From: Vicugna vicugna | Lineage: Eukaryota | Length of the DNA stretch: 64,000 nucleotides | Direction of reading: 5' to 3' | Assembly: GCA_013265495.1 (NCBI GenBank) | Contig: MU058844.1 | Location: 2,955,520-3,019,519 of the forward strand | Shown here: piece by piece, positions 13,331 through 25,444 of the stretch | Layout of the letters: each line of letters begins with the position of its first letter | Numbering within the stretch: the stretch's first letter is position 1 | Made by a program: the position numbers and the translations under genes | The notes under the pieces: generated by a model | What the model was told of the DNA's origin: nothing | The model's database searches: none | The model's input: only the letters and a program-made list of their open reading frames with translations

Positions 13331-14249
13331 TGGTGAAAAACCTAAGACAAATTATAACACTGGTGAGATTTTTCTGTTTCAATTGCATCCGTTTCCTATA
13401 AAAAGATTCTTTGTCTTTTTATTCAAAAATCAAGAATTAGCTGCCAACTCTTGCTTCAAGTATTGGTCAATGTCAGAATGGTATGACAGAACCTCTGATC
13501 TTTTTCACGCATTAATTTATAAAGGTATTTTGGCAAGGTCAGCATGCTTTTTAACGTGCACACTGCCCCTTTGCTATTCTGTATAAAGGCATTTGTAAAT
13601 TATTCCAGTTATCTTTAGAATACTTAAAATTGCTCTCTGGCATTTATGTAATCAGCAAGAGATAATCAGAAGATCTTTCTTTTTTTTTTTAGTTAACAAT
13701 GAGCCACTTCCTGTCCATTGTACTTATTATGTTTATTTATGGCATAAAACCCATGGAGATTTCTTTCCTCCTATTTAAACCATTTTTACCAGTGTTTGGC
13801 GTTTGTATGACTGTTGATTAATTATGGCCCTGTCTCAATCATTCATGGAAGAAATAATAGCCTACGGTTCCTTTTACCAATCATTGAGTTATTCATAGCT
13901 CAAGGAAATGGCATAACAATTCTAAGTCCTTACATATTGGAGGCTTGTAACAGATAATCCATACTTGTGCTGCGTACTCCCACTCACCTCAGGAAGGCAA
14001 AATGTTTAAAGTCAGAAGCTACCTGACATCAGAGGCCCAGAAGAGTTAAAAGACTCAAGTCACATGTCAAACTTGTGGTTGTCCTTGTTTGGGAACCAGA
14101 GCATTCCTAAATACCAGTCCAATGGCCCCTCACAGCCTCTCCCCCTTTATACACTAAGCTTGTTGGCTTTTCATTCTACTCGCATCTAATGTAATAAATG
14201 GAGGGAACTGTACACACTTTCCCATCCAACATGAAAGTGCTTATTGCCC

Positions 14250-14775
14250 AGTACAGAGGATTTTCCTGGGATTTGATGCCCCTACATTCATTTCCTTTCC
14301 TTTTGATAATGGTATTCTGAGTTTTGTTCAAGTATAAGATCCTCTGTCATTCAGTCAACATGCTTCAAGAGGAAATTGACCCATCCCTTGCTTCAGGGAT
14401 AGGCCTAGAATGGCTTCAGCCAATCAAAAGATCCTGTTCCCTTGTCCATACTGATTGAGTTAGACATAGAACTGTGACTCAATGCAGACGAATAACATAA
14501 GGAGATACTTGATGGAGGCCTCTAAAAGAGATCCTTTGCTCATTCACTGATACACTTTTCTAGATGGATGTAAACAAGAACACCTATAGCCTCCAGAAAG
14601 AGGCATTGACAGCCATCTTGCATGAGAGGACCCAGCTATAATCGAGCTGCTGGATCCAGCCTTATCTATTCAAATAACTGTGTTTTTATAGTCCTGTCAG
14701 CCAATAATCCTTTGTTACCTTAGCTGTTGAGTCATATTCTCTGTTATTTGCAACCAAGAGATTCCCAGCAAATAC
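14250..14775 (+). mobile_element. MaLR solo LTR (MLT1K-like)
   Basis: AGCCAATCA..GATTG; CAGCCATCTTG; GAGCTGCTGGATCCAGCC; GCCAATAA; TCTGTTATTTGCAACCAAGAG..AATACA end. Confidence 0.75.
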
Positions 14776-16544
14776 ATCCATCATCTTGACCACAATTAAG
14801 CAATAACCATGCCACCATGCTGCATTATGAAATCTCACCACATACTTTCCTCATATATTGAGCTCTCCTTGCCTTTGATAGAGGACTTCTTGCCCAACTC
14901 ATCTGGCAAATACCTAATACTGCCATTGTGAGATAGTTGTGTACCTGTTGGAAGACCATACTTAGTAACAGGCCAGAAAATTGTGCTCTAGAAGAATAAA
15001 ACTGGAAAACTTTTTTTCCACTGATGTTTATAATATTTGAGACTAAATCAGGAAAGGCCATAAAATATCCATCTCATATCGCCTATTGGACATTTCCTTC
15101 TGGATTCGCACTTTCTGGGGGGTTTAAATTCATTAACTTTTTTTTGTTTTCTTTAACTTAAGAGAGTTCAGGATTAATCAGCAATGAAATTAAATCATGC
15201 CATTTAAGTATAAAAAATTATATATTTTATGATTCATATATTTTCTACATTCGATATGAATCACATATAATTCTATAATCATCAACTTTGACTTGTCCCA
15301 AAAACAAATAAAATGAATTATACCAAGAAGATTATTAAGGAACTTTAAAATTTTTAGAATTCTAAAAACATCATCTTGCTTTCTATTGTTCTCATGTGGT
15401 TGTAGGCTAATTACACTCATATTTCAATTCTATCTATGAGCAATAACCTGCCAGCATTCAGTGGAGATCTTATCAGCCCTGGGGCAGAAGGGGGGAGGAG
15501 GGCTGCCTGTCCTGGCCCCTGTGGCTTTCCTGATTTGGCTTTCCTTCTCCACGTGCACACCCTTCTTTCTCTACTCTTGGAAACACTGCACACAGTTCTG
15601 CCAAGGAAACCATCCTAATCTGAAACTGTAGATCTTGTCTTGTTTTTTTATTTGCTTAACCCAGAGATGACCATAAGAACCAGCCATCGTGACTACACAC
15701 TTGCCTCCCAGATCACTTGGAGGCAGCACTGTAACTTTTATTGTTATATCCAACTCTGAAATCTCACGGCCTTGGTCTTCAGCAATAATTTCTACATTAC
15801 CAACTACTTTCAGTCCTTTTCCCTCATTAAAAAAATCCTTTGTCCCCCAGTTGAAGAAACATCCATCTTTTTCATTTTTTAAATAACCTTCATCGGTGTC
15901 ATTTATCACCTCTAGCACTGGACATATCCATCTACTTTACTCTAAGCCCTTTTATCATAGCTATTCTCAGGAATACCAAAGTTTAAGTGAAATTTGGTGC
16001 CATTTTACACTGACCTTTTTGAGGAGTTCCAGGATTTAGGAATGTTGGGGGAGTCAATAAATATATTATAGATTGAGTTTGATGCTATGAAAATAAATAC
16101 ACACAGGCTGCCATCCACACATATTCAACTGAATGTTTTGAGAGAAGAGGCCTTCACAATCACTGTTAGTTGACCTTTGTGAATTTCTTTTTCCTCTTTA
16201 AAAAAAAATGCAGAAATAATCAACATCATGATTGCATTTGCAACACTCTCAAGTTCCTAGCTATTTGTAATTTAACAAATAATCATAGAAATTTTCTACT
16301 GAAATGCAGAGACACAGTACCTGGAGGTGGTGGGGGAAGTGCAGGAGAACCAGCTCTCAAAAAATAAATCCAATAAAAGACAGGTCAAATTGACACACAA
16401 AGAAGAATTATTTATGTAACAGATGTTTGATGATGTTGAGCATCAGCAAATGCTCATATATTTTTCATATATATGCATATATGTATTATTAGAGAAATAT
16501 ATGAAATATATGTGTGTGTATATATATGTATATATACACACATA

Positions 16545-16853
16545 CAGTCAGCCTTCCATATCCATGGCTTCTGCATCCGTGGATTCAGCCAACCACAGAT
16601 CAAAAATATTCAGAAAAGAATTCCAAAAAGTCTCCAAAAACAGAAGTTTAGCATAGCATTTACATTAAATTTACAATTACTTACATGATACCATGTGTTA
16701 TAAGGAATCTAGAGGTGGGTGAAAATATACAGGAGAATATACATAGGTTATATGCAAATGCTATGCCATTTTATATAAGGGACTTGAGTGTCCACAAATT
16801 TTGGTATCTGCAGGGGCCCCAGGAACCAATTCCCTGTGGATACAGGACAGCTG
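16545..16853 (-). mobile_element. MER2/MER2B TcMar-Tigger MITE
   Basis: TA|CAGTCAGCCTTCCATATCCATGG ... CCTGTGGATACAGGACAGCTG|TA: TIR-like ends with a TA TSD; internal GGTTATATGCAAAT..CCATTTTATATAAGGGACTTGAG. Confidence 0.9.
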
Positions 16854-17104
16854 TATTTCTATTCAAGTGCCATATTATCACATTATAGAAATATAGGTGT
16901 GGCTATGTGACTGGATGCCTTCTGGGAAGAGAGTTCTCTGCCAGTGAGCACACTCCATAGGAAATCAAATTAAAATAATCCCATTCACATTTCATGGCTC
17001 AAGAAGTGTTTACATCCTCTCCTGGAATAATTCAGGACACCCTGTCATGTTTGCAAAGTACTCTGCTTTTACTGTCAAGTCACTCATTAGATCATTTGTT
17101 CAGT

Positions 17105-17225
17105 TTATCTCCCCAACAAGAGAGTGAGCCTCATGAGTGCAGCCATCATGTTTGCCACGCCTAGTGCTGCATTCAAAATGCCTACCATGGTGCCTGGCAG
17201 AGAGAAGATCCTTAACTGACATCTG
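17105..17225 (+). mobile_element. L2 3' end fragment
   Basis: TATCTCCCCAAC..GTGAGCCTCATGAG..ATGCCTACCATGGTGCCTGGCA. Confidence 0.6.
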
Positions 17226-17291
17226 AAAGAAGCAGAAGTGGGAGGGAGGGGAGAAAAGAAGAGAGAGGGGAAAGGATGGTTCTTTACCTCA

Positions 17292-17860
17292 TGTATTAGT
17301 CGTTTGTTGATGTATACAAAATCACCCCCAAATGAGCAGCTTAAAACAACACACATTTGTTTACTCACAATTTCTGGAAGTCATAAATCTAGATATGGCT
17401 TATCTAGGTCCTCCAGCTCAGGATCTCTCACAAGACTGTGGTCAAAGCATCAGCCATCTCGCGGTTCAGCCGGAGCTGGATCTACTTCCAAGCGTACTCA
17501 GTGGCTGTTGGCAGGATTTGGTTCCTTGCAGGTTGTTTGACTGAGGACCTTTATGACTTGTGGCCTGAGGCTGCCCACCCTCATCTCCTTGCCACATGGG
17601 CCTCTCCACAGGGCAGCTCACAATATGGCAGCTGGCCTCATCAGACTGAGAGAGAGCGAGCCAGAGAGCAGCAGCTCAACTTAAGCCACAGTCTTTTATA
17701 TCCTAGTCTCAGAAGTGATATCCCATTGCTGTTGCCATATTTGTTTGTTAGAAGCTAGTCATTAAGGCTAGCCCACACTCAAGAGGAGGGGGTTACACAA
17801 GAGCATGCATACCAGGTCTTAGGAATAACTGGGGACCATCTCAGAAGGCTGCTTAACACA
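17292..17860 (-). mobile_element. MaLR solo LTR (MLT1F-like)
   Basis: TGTATTAGTC..GCAGCTTAAAACAAC..GGATCTACTTCCAAG..GGCTGTTGGCAGGA..GCCCACACTCAAG..GGGGACCATCT..CACA. Confidence 0.85.
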
Positions 17861-19949
17861 CTTTAGCAAGGAATCCGAAAAAAAAGGAGTTGGCTAAAAA
17901 CTTCTGTTCAGTAGAATTAGTCAAAGTCAGACTATTACATCCCTGTCCACAATAGGGAGAATTACTCTTAGTATGGCAATAATAATAAATCTATTGTTTA
18001 GATTATTTTTGCTTTGCTAAAATCTATTTTAGCAAATGTATGTTAAAGCAATTGTCATATACTCAAATGCCACTTGACTTAAAAGTATTCTTTGGAAGTG
18101 GTTCTAACAAATCTGACTTGTATCTCAGGCAAGCCTTTTCTACTACATCTGAGAAATTGAGATGGTCAGTCTTTGGTAACTGAAGGAAATCTGGACAGAA
18201 TATACACATTCCAGTAGAAAGCAAGTGCGCTACATTCTCCATATTTCTCCTGACCCACAGGACGTGCTGTGTGGTCTGTAAGAGAAAAACATGTAAATGT
18301 AGGCAGAAGTCCTGAATAAACCAAGGAAAGTATTTGTGGGCAGCTTAAAATGGGTGAGTCTCTTTCCATGAAGGGATGGGTGTGCCACAGCCTTGACCAG
18401 CAAGTACATACAAATGGACCCATCCATAGCTCTAGTCTAATTCCTGCATTCCGAATAAGCAACCAGGATATTATTATATACACCCTAGTCTTAAAACCCT
18501 TTTAGATAATTGCCCCTTTTGATTCTCTCTGGAACCTGTCAGGTATTTGGATGGGGCCAAAACAAGTAGCTAGATGCAAATCCTTAAAACCTCTCTGATG
18601 GTGTACCTCTTTAATTATTAAACATCTTCAGAGGCTGTAAGCCAGAGAGAAAAAAATTAAAGCCAGTTACTGTGTGTCCCTGTGGCCCTGAAAATCCTTT
18701 GGCTCTTGTAGAGGTGCTTGGCGTTATCCTGAAAGCTTTATCATAATCCAGTCATCCTCCCAAATTTGGAGTTGCTTTTATTCAGGCACATTCAGAGGTC
18801 AGTCTGTAATCCAATGTCACTGCAAAGAGAACAGGCTTGATCTTCTTTTTAAACCTCAAGCTAAACCTTCAACCTAGTAATTCATGCAGAGCATTAAGGA
18901 CCATGAGATGCCATAAAGCAAAATCCAACATCCCAAATAATCTCTCAGGATTTCTACTAACACATTTTCTGTTCACAAAGGCTAAATTGTGTTTGAATAG
19001 TTTATGCCCCACTATCTGTGAGACTGCATCATGCCATGTACAGGGGAGACAGCATTATTATTTTACTAACAGTCTTGCTTTCTGAAGGGTCCTTCTTATC
19101 CATGGTCATTGCTGCTTTGCAACAGCATGATTATGGGCTGACCATCCTTCCATATGCTCTGCACTCAGAGGAGCAATTTTACCGATAAATCACAGCGTGA
19201 CAGCCAAGCCATTAATTTAATGACTCGGGGGGAATTTCCCACTGGATGGAAGCATCTGTAAACAGCTGGACAACAACAGTACAGTCTCTCAGATGAGAGG
19301 GTCCTCTCAGATGAGATCTCATTTTCAAGTACTGATTTGAGTAGGGTAGATGCCATTATATGGAAAACAATCTTTCAGGCACCAGCTTATTCTGAACTTA
19401 AATCTAGATACTGACAATCTGTTTCCAATGAAGCATACAAATATTGTCTCGTTCTATTTTTTTCTTATACTGAAACCTAAGACATATTAAAAATAAGTGA
19501 GCAAAAAATTTTTTACATTCAGTCATGCATATTCAAATTTGAGCCCCTAAGGAATACTTTAGAAGGGGTCCTGCTAGCCACCCTCCAATTCCATATTTTC
19601 TCCTATTTTATAAACTCTTTACTCACCCTGAGAAGATCCCCTTTGTCTGGGATTCAAAGACTCGAAAACATCCACCTGTAGGCACATAGGCCAAGTTACG
19701 AAAACGCATACAGTATGCCCTGGCTGAAGAAATTGACAGCTATTTAGAAACTATTACCAAGTAACACCTTAGTGTAGAAAGTTAGATAGGATAGGACTTA
19801 GTCACGATTTCTCAGCCTCAGTTTATTCATCTATAAATGGGTATACTAACTCTAACCTGTTACAGCTGTCGAGAGAAGTTAAGGAGATCAAGCATGTATA
19901 GCACTCAGTTCATCTTCATCTCTTCACACACATACTACCAAACAGAGCG

Positions 19950-20177
19950 ACATGTTAGAGAAGTCACAGGCACTGTGGTCAGGAAGAGCTGATCAGAACC
20001 CTAATTCTGTCCCTTACCAGTTCCACAAACCTGAACAATTTACCTAACCTCCCTGGACCTTGGTATTATTATCTGTAGATTGGGGATAAGAATTCCTACC
20101 CAATTGGGCTTAGGGGAGAATCAAAGCTAGGGAAGTAAGAAGTTTATCCTCTGCCTGCCATGTAGAAGGTGCTCAAT
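19950..20177 (+). mobile_element. MIR SINE (a second MIR fragment lies just upstream, ~19800-19910)
   Basis: TTACCTAACCTCCCTGGACCTTGG..ATCTGTAGATTGGGGATAA; upstream CAGCCTCAGTTTATTCATCTATAAATGGG. Confidence 0.7.
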
Positions 20178-22052
20178 GAAAGTGACCCCTCTGGATGACT
20201 AATAAGATGATTCCATGTGCCACATAGTTGGGATAACTTCATGAAGTCATGAAGACAGCACTTCAGCTGTCCCCAGGTTATTTCATCCTCTTTTGTTCCT
20301 GTAGAACTGAGCAGTTCAAAGAAACTGATAAGAACGCACCAACTTCTGCTTCGCTCTGGGTCTAGGAAGTGTGAAACCTCTGAATCCGAGAGCGTTGTTG
20401 CTGGAGTGATTAAGATAATAACGGCTTTCCAGGCAGCAGTGATACCTGCTTATCACCATTAAATACATAGAGAAAATGTTTCCACATTTCTATTTGTTTC
20501 AGCAGTCTCCAGATAATTACTGAGTGCATATGCTGTAGTTTTAAGAATAGCATCGCTGCTTGTTTTCTTCTCCAGAAAAGCTGACAAGGGCACCAGTGTC
20601 TGTTTCCAAAGCATCTCCCTCCCCTCTTATGGCTCTAACATGATAATGATAAAAATAATAATAATGCTTCCTGGTTGGGAATATATTGAAACAATTACCT
20701 TTGGCTACAAATGCCCAAACATAAGAGCCATGCCGCAGCCTCCCAGGGCCTCAGCGTGCAACAGATATGGTCTTCTTTGGATGTCTATCTGAGGACATCC
20801 CTTAGAGAACACCCCAGATTCTATCTGCGTTCCCAAGGGAGTAAGACAAGCCCAAGTAATCAGTTTAGAGTATCCAGTCTACTTAGCAAGAGTAGGCAAA
20901 GAACAGAGAAACTTGGCCTCGTGTAATATACTTCAGGTCTCTGGGTTGTTATTCAGAGTCCTTCAGTGTTACAGGTTAGTGTCAAAGTGGTGTTCTCCGG
21001 AACTCCCCATCATTCATGCAAAGAGCCCTGAGGCCTGTCTGAGGCTTGCAAACGTGTGCGAGCATTTCTGAAAGCTTAGTTTGCTCCCATGACAGGTGAG
21101 AATAATGAGTTTGTTGTGACCATCAAAGTGAACACTCTTTATAATAAATCAGACCTAATGAAACCACACATCAGTGCTGTTCTCATGTCATCATGTATTG
21201 ACACAGAGATAAAAAAGTTACTCGATCTCTTTGGATAACTCATAGTGGTACAAAGCCTTGAATGCCAGGCTTAGGGCATTAGAGTGAGTCCAGTCATAAT
21301 GGCATGGGGGGTTTGTTTTTGTTTTTGGGTTTTTTTGCCTTTTTTTTTTTTAGCAAAGGATTAACATATATATTTTTTGACTCAAGTTTTTAGCAAGATT
21401 AGCCATAGTAGGCAGAAAAATAGGAGTGGTGGGAAGTGAGAAGGGGCATGAAGGCTGAAAAATCAGAAAAGAAGCTTTTAAAAGAATGCCTTTTTTTGTG
21501 TCTCTGGAGAAGCCAACCCGTGGGGTGGCTTGTTACTGTGGTGCCAGAATGTCATGCAAAATTCACAGGCAACTTACTGAGCCACTTCATTAGCATCCCT
21601 ATACCCCATCCTTCTCATTAGTCAGGGAACCAACCTCAGCCAAGTGTCAAAGGGTGGCCAAATGGCAAGCAGAAGGGGCTGAGGAACGGTGACAAGGGCG
21701 TGCAGCCACCCAGAGGTACAGCCCATAACTGCTGAGAAGTGACAGCCGGACCATCCCATTTGGTTTGTAGTGAGAAGAGAAAGGGCAGCATCTTTGGAGC
21801 AAACGAAGCCCACAAACAGGCAGTGTCACATGCAGGAGGTATGACCAGGAACAGCCCAGGGTCACTCCAGGGCTGGGCACCCAGCAGGGGGTTCACAGAG
21901 AGCAGGGTGTGCTTCAGTCCTCTCAGTGACACTTATCCACATGGATGGACACACCATCTGTGGCTGCGTTTTTACTGTCACTGTGTTGCTTTGGCTTTTT
22001 TTGTTACTATGAGAAGCAAGTATCTGTATGTAATCTAGATACAGATATATAA

Positions 22053-22053
22053 A

Positions 22054-22086
<33 letters not shown>
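22053..22086. repeat. (CA)n microsatellite
   Basis: Direct read: about 17 AC units with one interruption. Confidence 0.97.
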
Positions 22087-22864
22087 CACAAATTGTGCTA
22101 TTACAAAATGCAGATTTAATGCTGCCACTGAACTCGGCAAAATGTTTTTTCTTGAGTTCATACCTTATTCTCTTGGCAAGAAATCATTTGCTTTCATAAT
22201 TTGGTGGAGTATTTTCAGATCACAATGTGTCCTTTTGTTTTCAGGACCACTTCATTACATACATCAGTGAGGTAGTGAGGTAGCATGTTTTTATTTTCTG
22301 TGCTTAACAGAAACTGAATTTTTAATAAAGGGAAAATGGAAAAGTAGAGCACCATTAAAACACAAAATTCCTTTCCTGATTGGTTTCTGGTGTTTACTCA
22401 CCCCGCCTTGGGAATTGTCTTTTGCAAAGGAAAAGATTTTGGTTTTTCTTGAGGGAAACTTAGCAACTACCAGGGCTGCAAAAACCAAATAAATATGTGA
22501 TCCGGTTGAAACATAAAAATCAAAATGGCGCTTTTTACCCTCTCTTAAAAAGCTCACTTCTGCTGAAATACTGCACCAGTCTCTTGTCAACCTTTGGCAG
22601 ATAAACATGTGCCATTTCCATTGCCACATGACAGTAGCAACTCTGCCAAATCTGCTAAGGTTCTTGGTAGCATTATAACACTTCATAGCATAGTGCTTCA
22701 CATCCCTGGCCTTTATTATGCAATAGCAAATTTGAATACTCATTAAATATACATGCCACTGCATATGTTTTCTATGCCTATAGATTTGTTTTAAAAATAG
22801 AAAAATACCAGAAAAAGTTCTCCAAAGGTTTGTTTCTTTAGAGAAATGCCTCTCTTTCAAAATT

Positions 22865-23017
22865 GAAAGAAAGAAAGGAAGGAAGGAAGGAAGGAAGGAA
22901 GGAAGGAAGGAAGGAAGGAAGGAAGGAAGGAAGGAAGGAAAGGAAGGAAGGAAAGGAAGGAAGGGAGAAAGGGAGAAAGAAAGGGAGAAAGAAAGGAAGG
23001 AAGGAAGAAAGGAAAAA
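22865..23017. repeat. (GGAA)n microsatellite within a 153-bp pure purine tract
   Basis: 16 uninterrupted GGAA units at 22877-22940, followed by degenerate GGAA/GAAA. Confidence 0.98.
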
Positions 23018-23444
23018 TCTTGCTAGAAGAATCTAATCATATTAATCTAATTGCCTTTCTTGTTGGATCTGGGTAATCTCAGGAATATGGTTAATGCCTT
23101 TATGTTTGTTCAATCTTGGTAAAGCTGATTTATCTTGATTGTTTTATCAAGGTTCCTAGTCTTGCTTTACAGGACATGATCTCCAATTTACTGGGAAACT
23201 TTCTTAGCTAGTGATACTGATTTTCAACTCTCTAGTCCGTTGCCATAGTGAGATGGAAGCCAAAAATCTAAAACCCAGTCAAGGAGGTTTTCTTTTGAGA
23301 AAATTTTGGAGATGCCCCATTCCAGTCTCAAGGGTGACTCTGATATTTTCATTGCTGTTGTCACTAACAATGATAATAATTGTGCACCAGCTACCACTTT
23401 GAAGTAGCAAACATATTTGTTGAGAGCTGCATTTCTCTTGGGCC

Positions 23445-23720
23445 ACTCATTCATTCTTTTGTACAGCTAGCAAGTATTTGTTGGATGACTGTTACGTCAG
23501 ATATTGTTCTAAATGTCAGGGATACAGAGATTAATAAATTACCATCCTTTCCCTTGAGTTGCTCATAATTTAGGACAGAAAGATGCTGTGGAAATTCATA
23601 ACATTGATCAATACTATAAAACATGTTCCATTTAAAAGGAGGGGACAGTTGGTTGGTCATGATTGCTGGGAAGGCTTCACAGAGCAGATGAAAGCTTCAG
23701 ATTCAAGGCAGGAATACAAG
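23445..23720 (-). mobile_element. L2 fragment
   Basis: CATTCATTC..AAGTATTTGTTGG..GGGATACAGAGAT..GGGAAGGCTTCACAGAG. Confidence 0.6.
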
Positions 23721-23739
23721 GATGAATGAGGAGGCAGAA

Positions 23740-24730
23740 CATTCATTCTTTCATGCAACAAATAGTTATTGAGTGCTTACTGCATGCCAGGTGCTAGGGA
23801 TACAGCAGTGATCAAACAAAAAATTCCTGCCCTCATGAATCTTTAATTATAGTGAAAGGAGAATGATTTTAAAAAATTAAACAGAGAGGTGAGTATAGCT
23901 CAAGTGGTAGAGTGCATGCTTAACATGCACGAGGTCCTGGGTTCGATCCCCAGTACCTCCTCTAAAAAATAAACAAATAAACCTGATCTTTAAAAAAATT
24001 AAACAGGTAAAATATGTGGCTTTTTCAGGTGATCATAAGGTTTATGCTTATGAAAACCAAACAAATAAACAAAGGGAAGATATCAAGAGCATCAGGAGTG
24101 GGAGGGGTCACAATTTTAAATAAAGTGGCCAAAGAAGGCTTCTTTGAGACAATGACATCTGAGCAGAACCCTGAAGGAAGTAAGGGAAGGAGCCACGCAG
24201 ATACCTAGGGAAAGAGCCTTTCGAGCAAAGAGAGCAGCATGTGCAAACTCCCCGAGTTTGGCTGCCATGTTTTAGAAACACAAAGGAAGCCAGTGTGGCT
24301 GGAGCAGAGAAAAATGAGATTTGTGAGTTGAGTTACACCTTGAAGTTTACCTAAAGGACTCAGGCTTTTGCTCTGGATTCTAGTGGAGGGTTGGAGCAGA
24401 GTGGTAGCATTGCCTTCTGTTCTGAAGTATTGAGAACAGACTGTAAGGGGGCCTGAGTGAGAGTAGGGAGACCAGCTGGGAGGCTACTGCAGTAACAATA
24501 ACGTGAGCTGGAGACGGGCCCTGTTCCAGGAAGGCAGCAATGAAGGTGGCTAGAACTGATCGGTTTCTTGATACATGTTCAAGATTGAACCAACAGGAGT
24601 TATTGATAGATTGGATAAGGCTTATGAGAGGAAGAGACTCAAGTATGTCTCTGAGGAGAATTTTAGCCAGAACTAGAAGGAGGGAGTTGCCACTATACAG
24701 CTCACCTTCATTAAGAGAGGGTGAGAACAT
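23740..24730 (-). mobile_element. L2a-like LINE 3' portion, interrupted by a SINE
   Basis: CAACAAATAGTTATTGAGTGCTTACTGCATGCCAGG..CCTGCCCTCATG..GACATCTGAGCAGA..GGAAGCCAGTGTGGCTGGAGCAGAG..GGGAGACCAGCTGGGAGGCTACTGCAGTAA. Confidence 0.88.
23885..23992 (+). mobile_element. tRNA-Ala-derived SINE (camelid Vic-1-like)
   Basis: Pol III A box TAGCTCAAGTGG and B box GGTTCGATCCC; A-rich tail AAAAAATAAACAAATAAACCT; 14-bp TSD AAAAAATTAAACAG at 23871-23884 and 23993-24006. Confidence 0.9.
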
Positions 24731-25444
24731 TTTGAGCATCTCTGTGCATAGGGTCTGCATGAAGGAAGGAGGATAATTAAACATCACTGTTCAGCATGAC
24801 CCACTTGTACCACAGAAAGGCATTTCTGCACAATTTAATGAGAACAAAACTCTAGCCTCAGCAGAGAAAAGATAGAGTGAAAGATCTGTTCTCAGTGATT
24901 GAGGGGCAAGCAAGAGAAAATGCCTGGTGATGTCAAGGATTGTACTAATCCTCCCTCCCAAAAGTTCCAAATACTCCAAACTAAAAAGTGAGAATCAGAG
25001 GAGGCATGGATTAAATAAAGTTAGCAGGAAACAGAATGTATACAAAGAAAAATGACAAATTGGGTAAAGTAAATTATAATAGGAATGCCAACAATGGCAA
25101 ACTGGGAAAAAAAAATAATCTCCAACTAGAATGTAATAGCAAGATATAAATACAAAAGAATATTGTGCCTAGAAAAGATACCACCTTGAATTAGTAGTTG
25201 AAAGGCCTGGGTTCTCTTTCTAATGTTGACCTTTGGGCAAATTAGTTCACTTACAACTTTCGAACAGGAATATTTTTATCCTCAGGGTATGTGCCAATGT
25301 GCTAAAGAGTAAAGGTTTTAATTACATTTAAAATAGCATTTTACCCTCAATTTTGCTAAGGATATAGATCTTCCTCTTCAAAAAAAAAAAATCAAACAAA
25401 TATGGCTACGTAATTGAGTGAAAAATGTATAGGAATTTTTCTCA

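Noticed and set aside
22268..22350. let-7-like pre-miRNA (TGAGGTAGT...)
   Set aside because: No complementary 3' arm (CTATAC-type) downstream, so no hairpin
23888..23961. tRNA-Val(AAC)/tRNA-Ala gene
   Set aside because: The acceptor stem has mismatches, an A-rich tail follows instead of a T-run terminator, and a TSD flanks it, so it is a SINE
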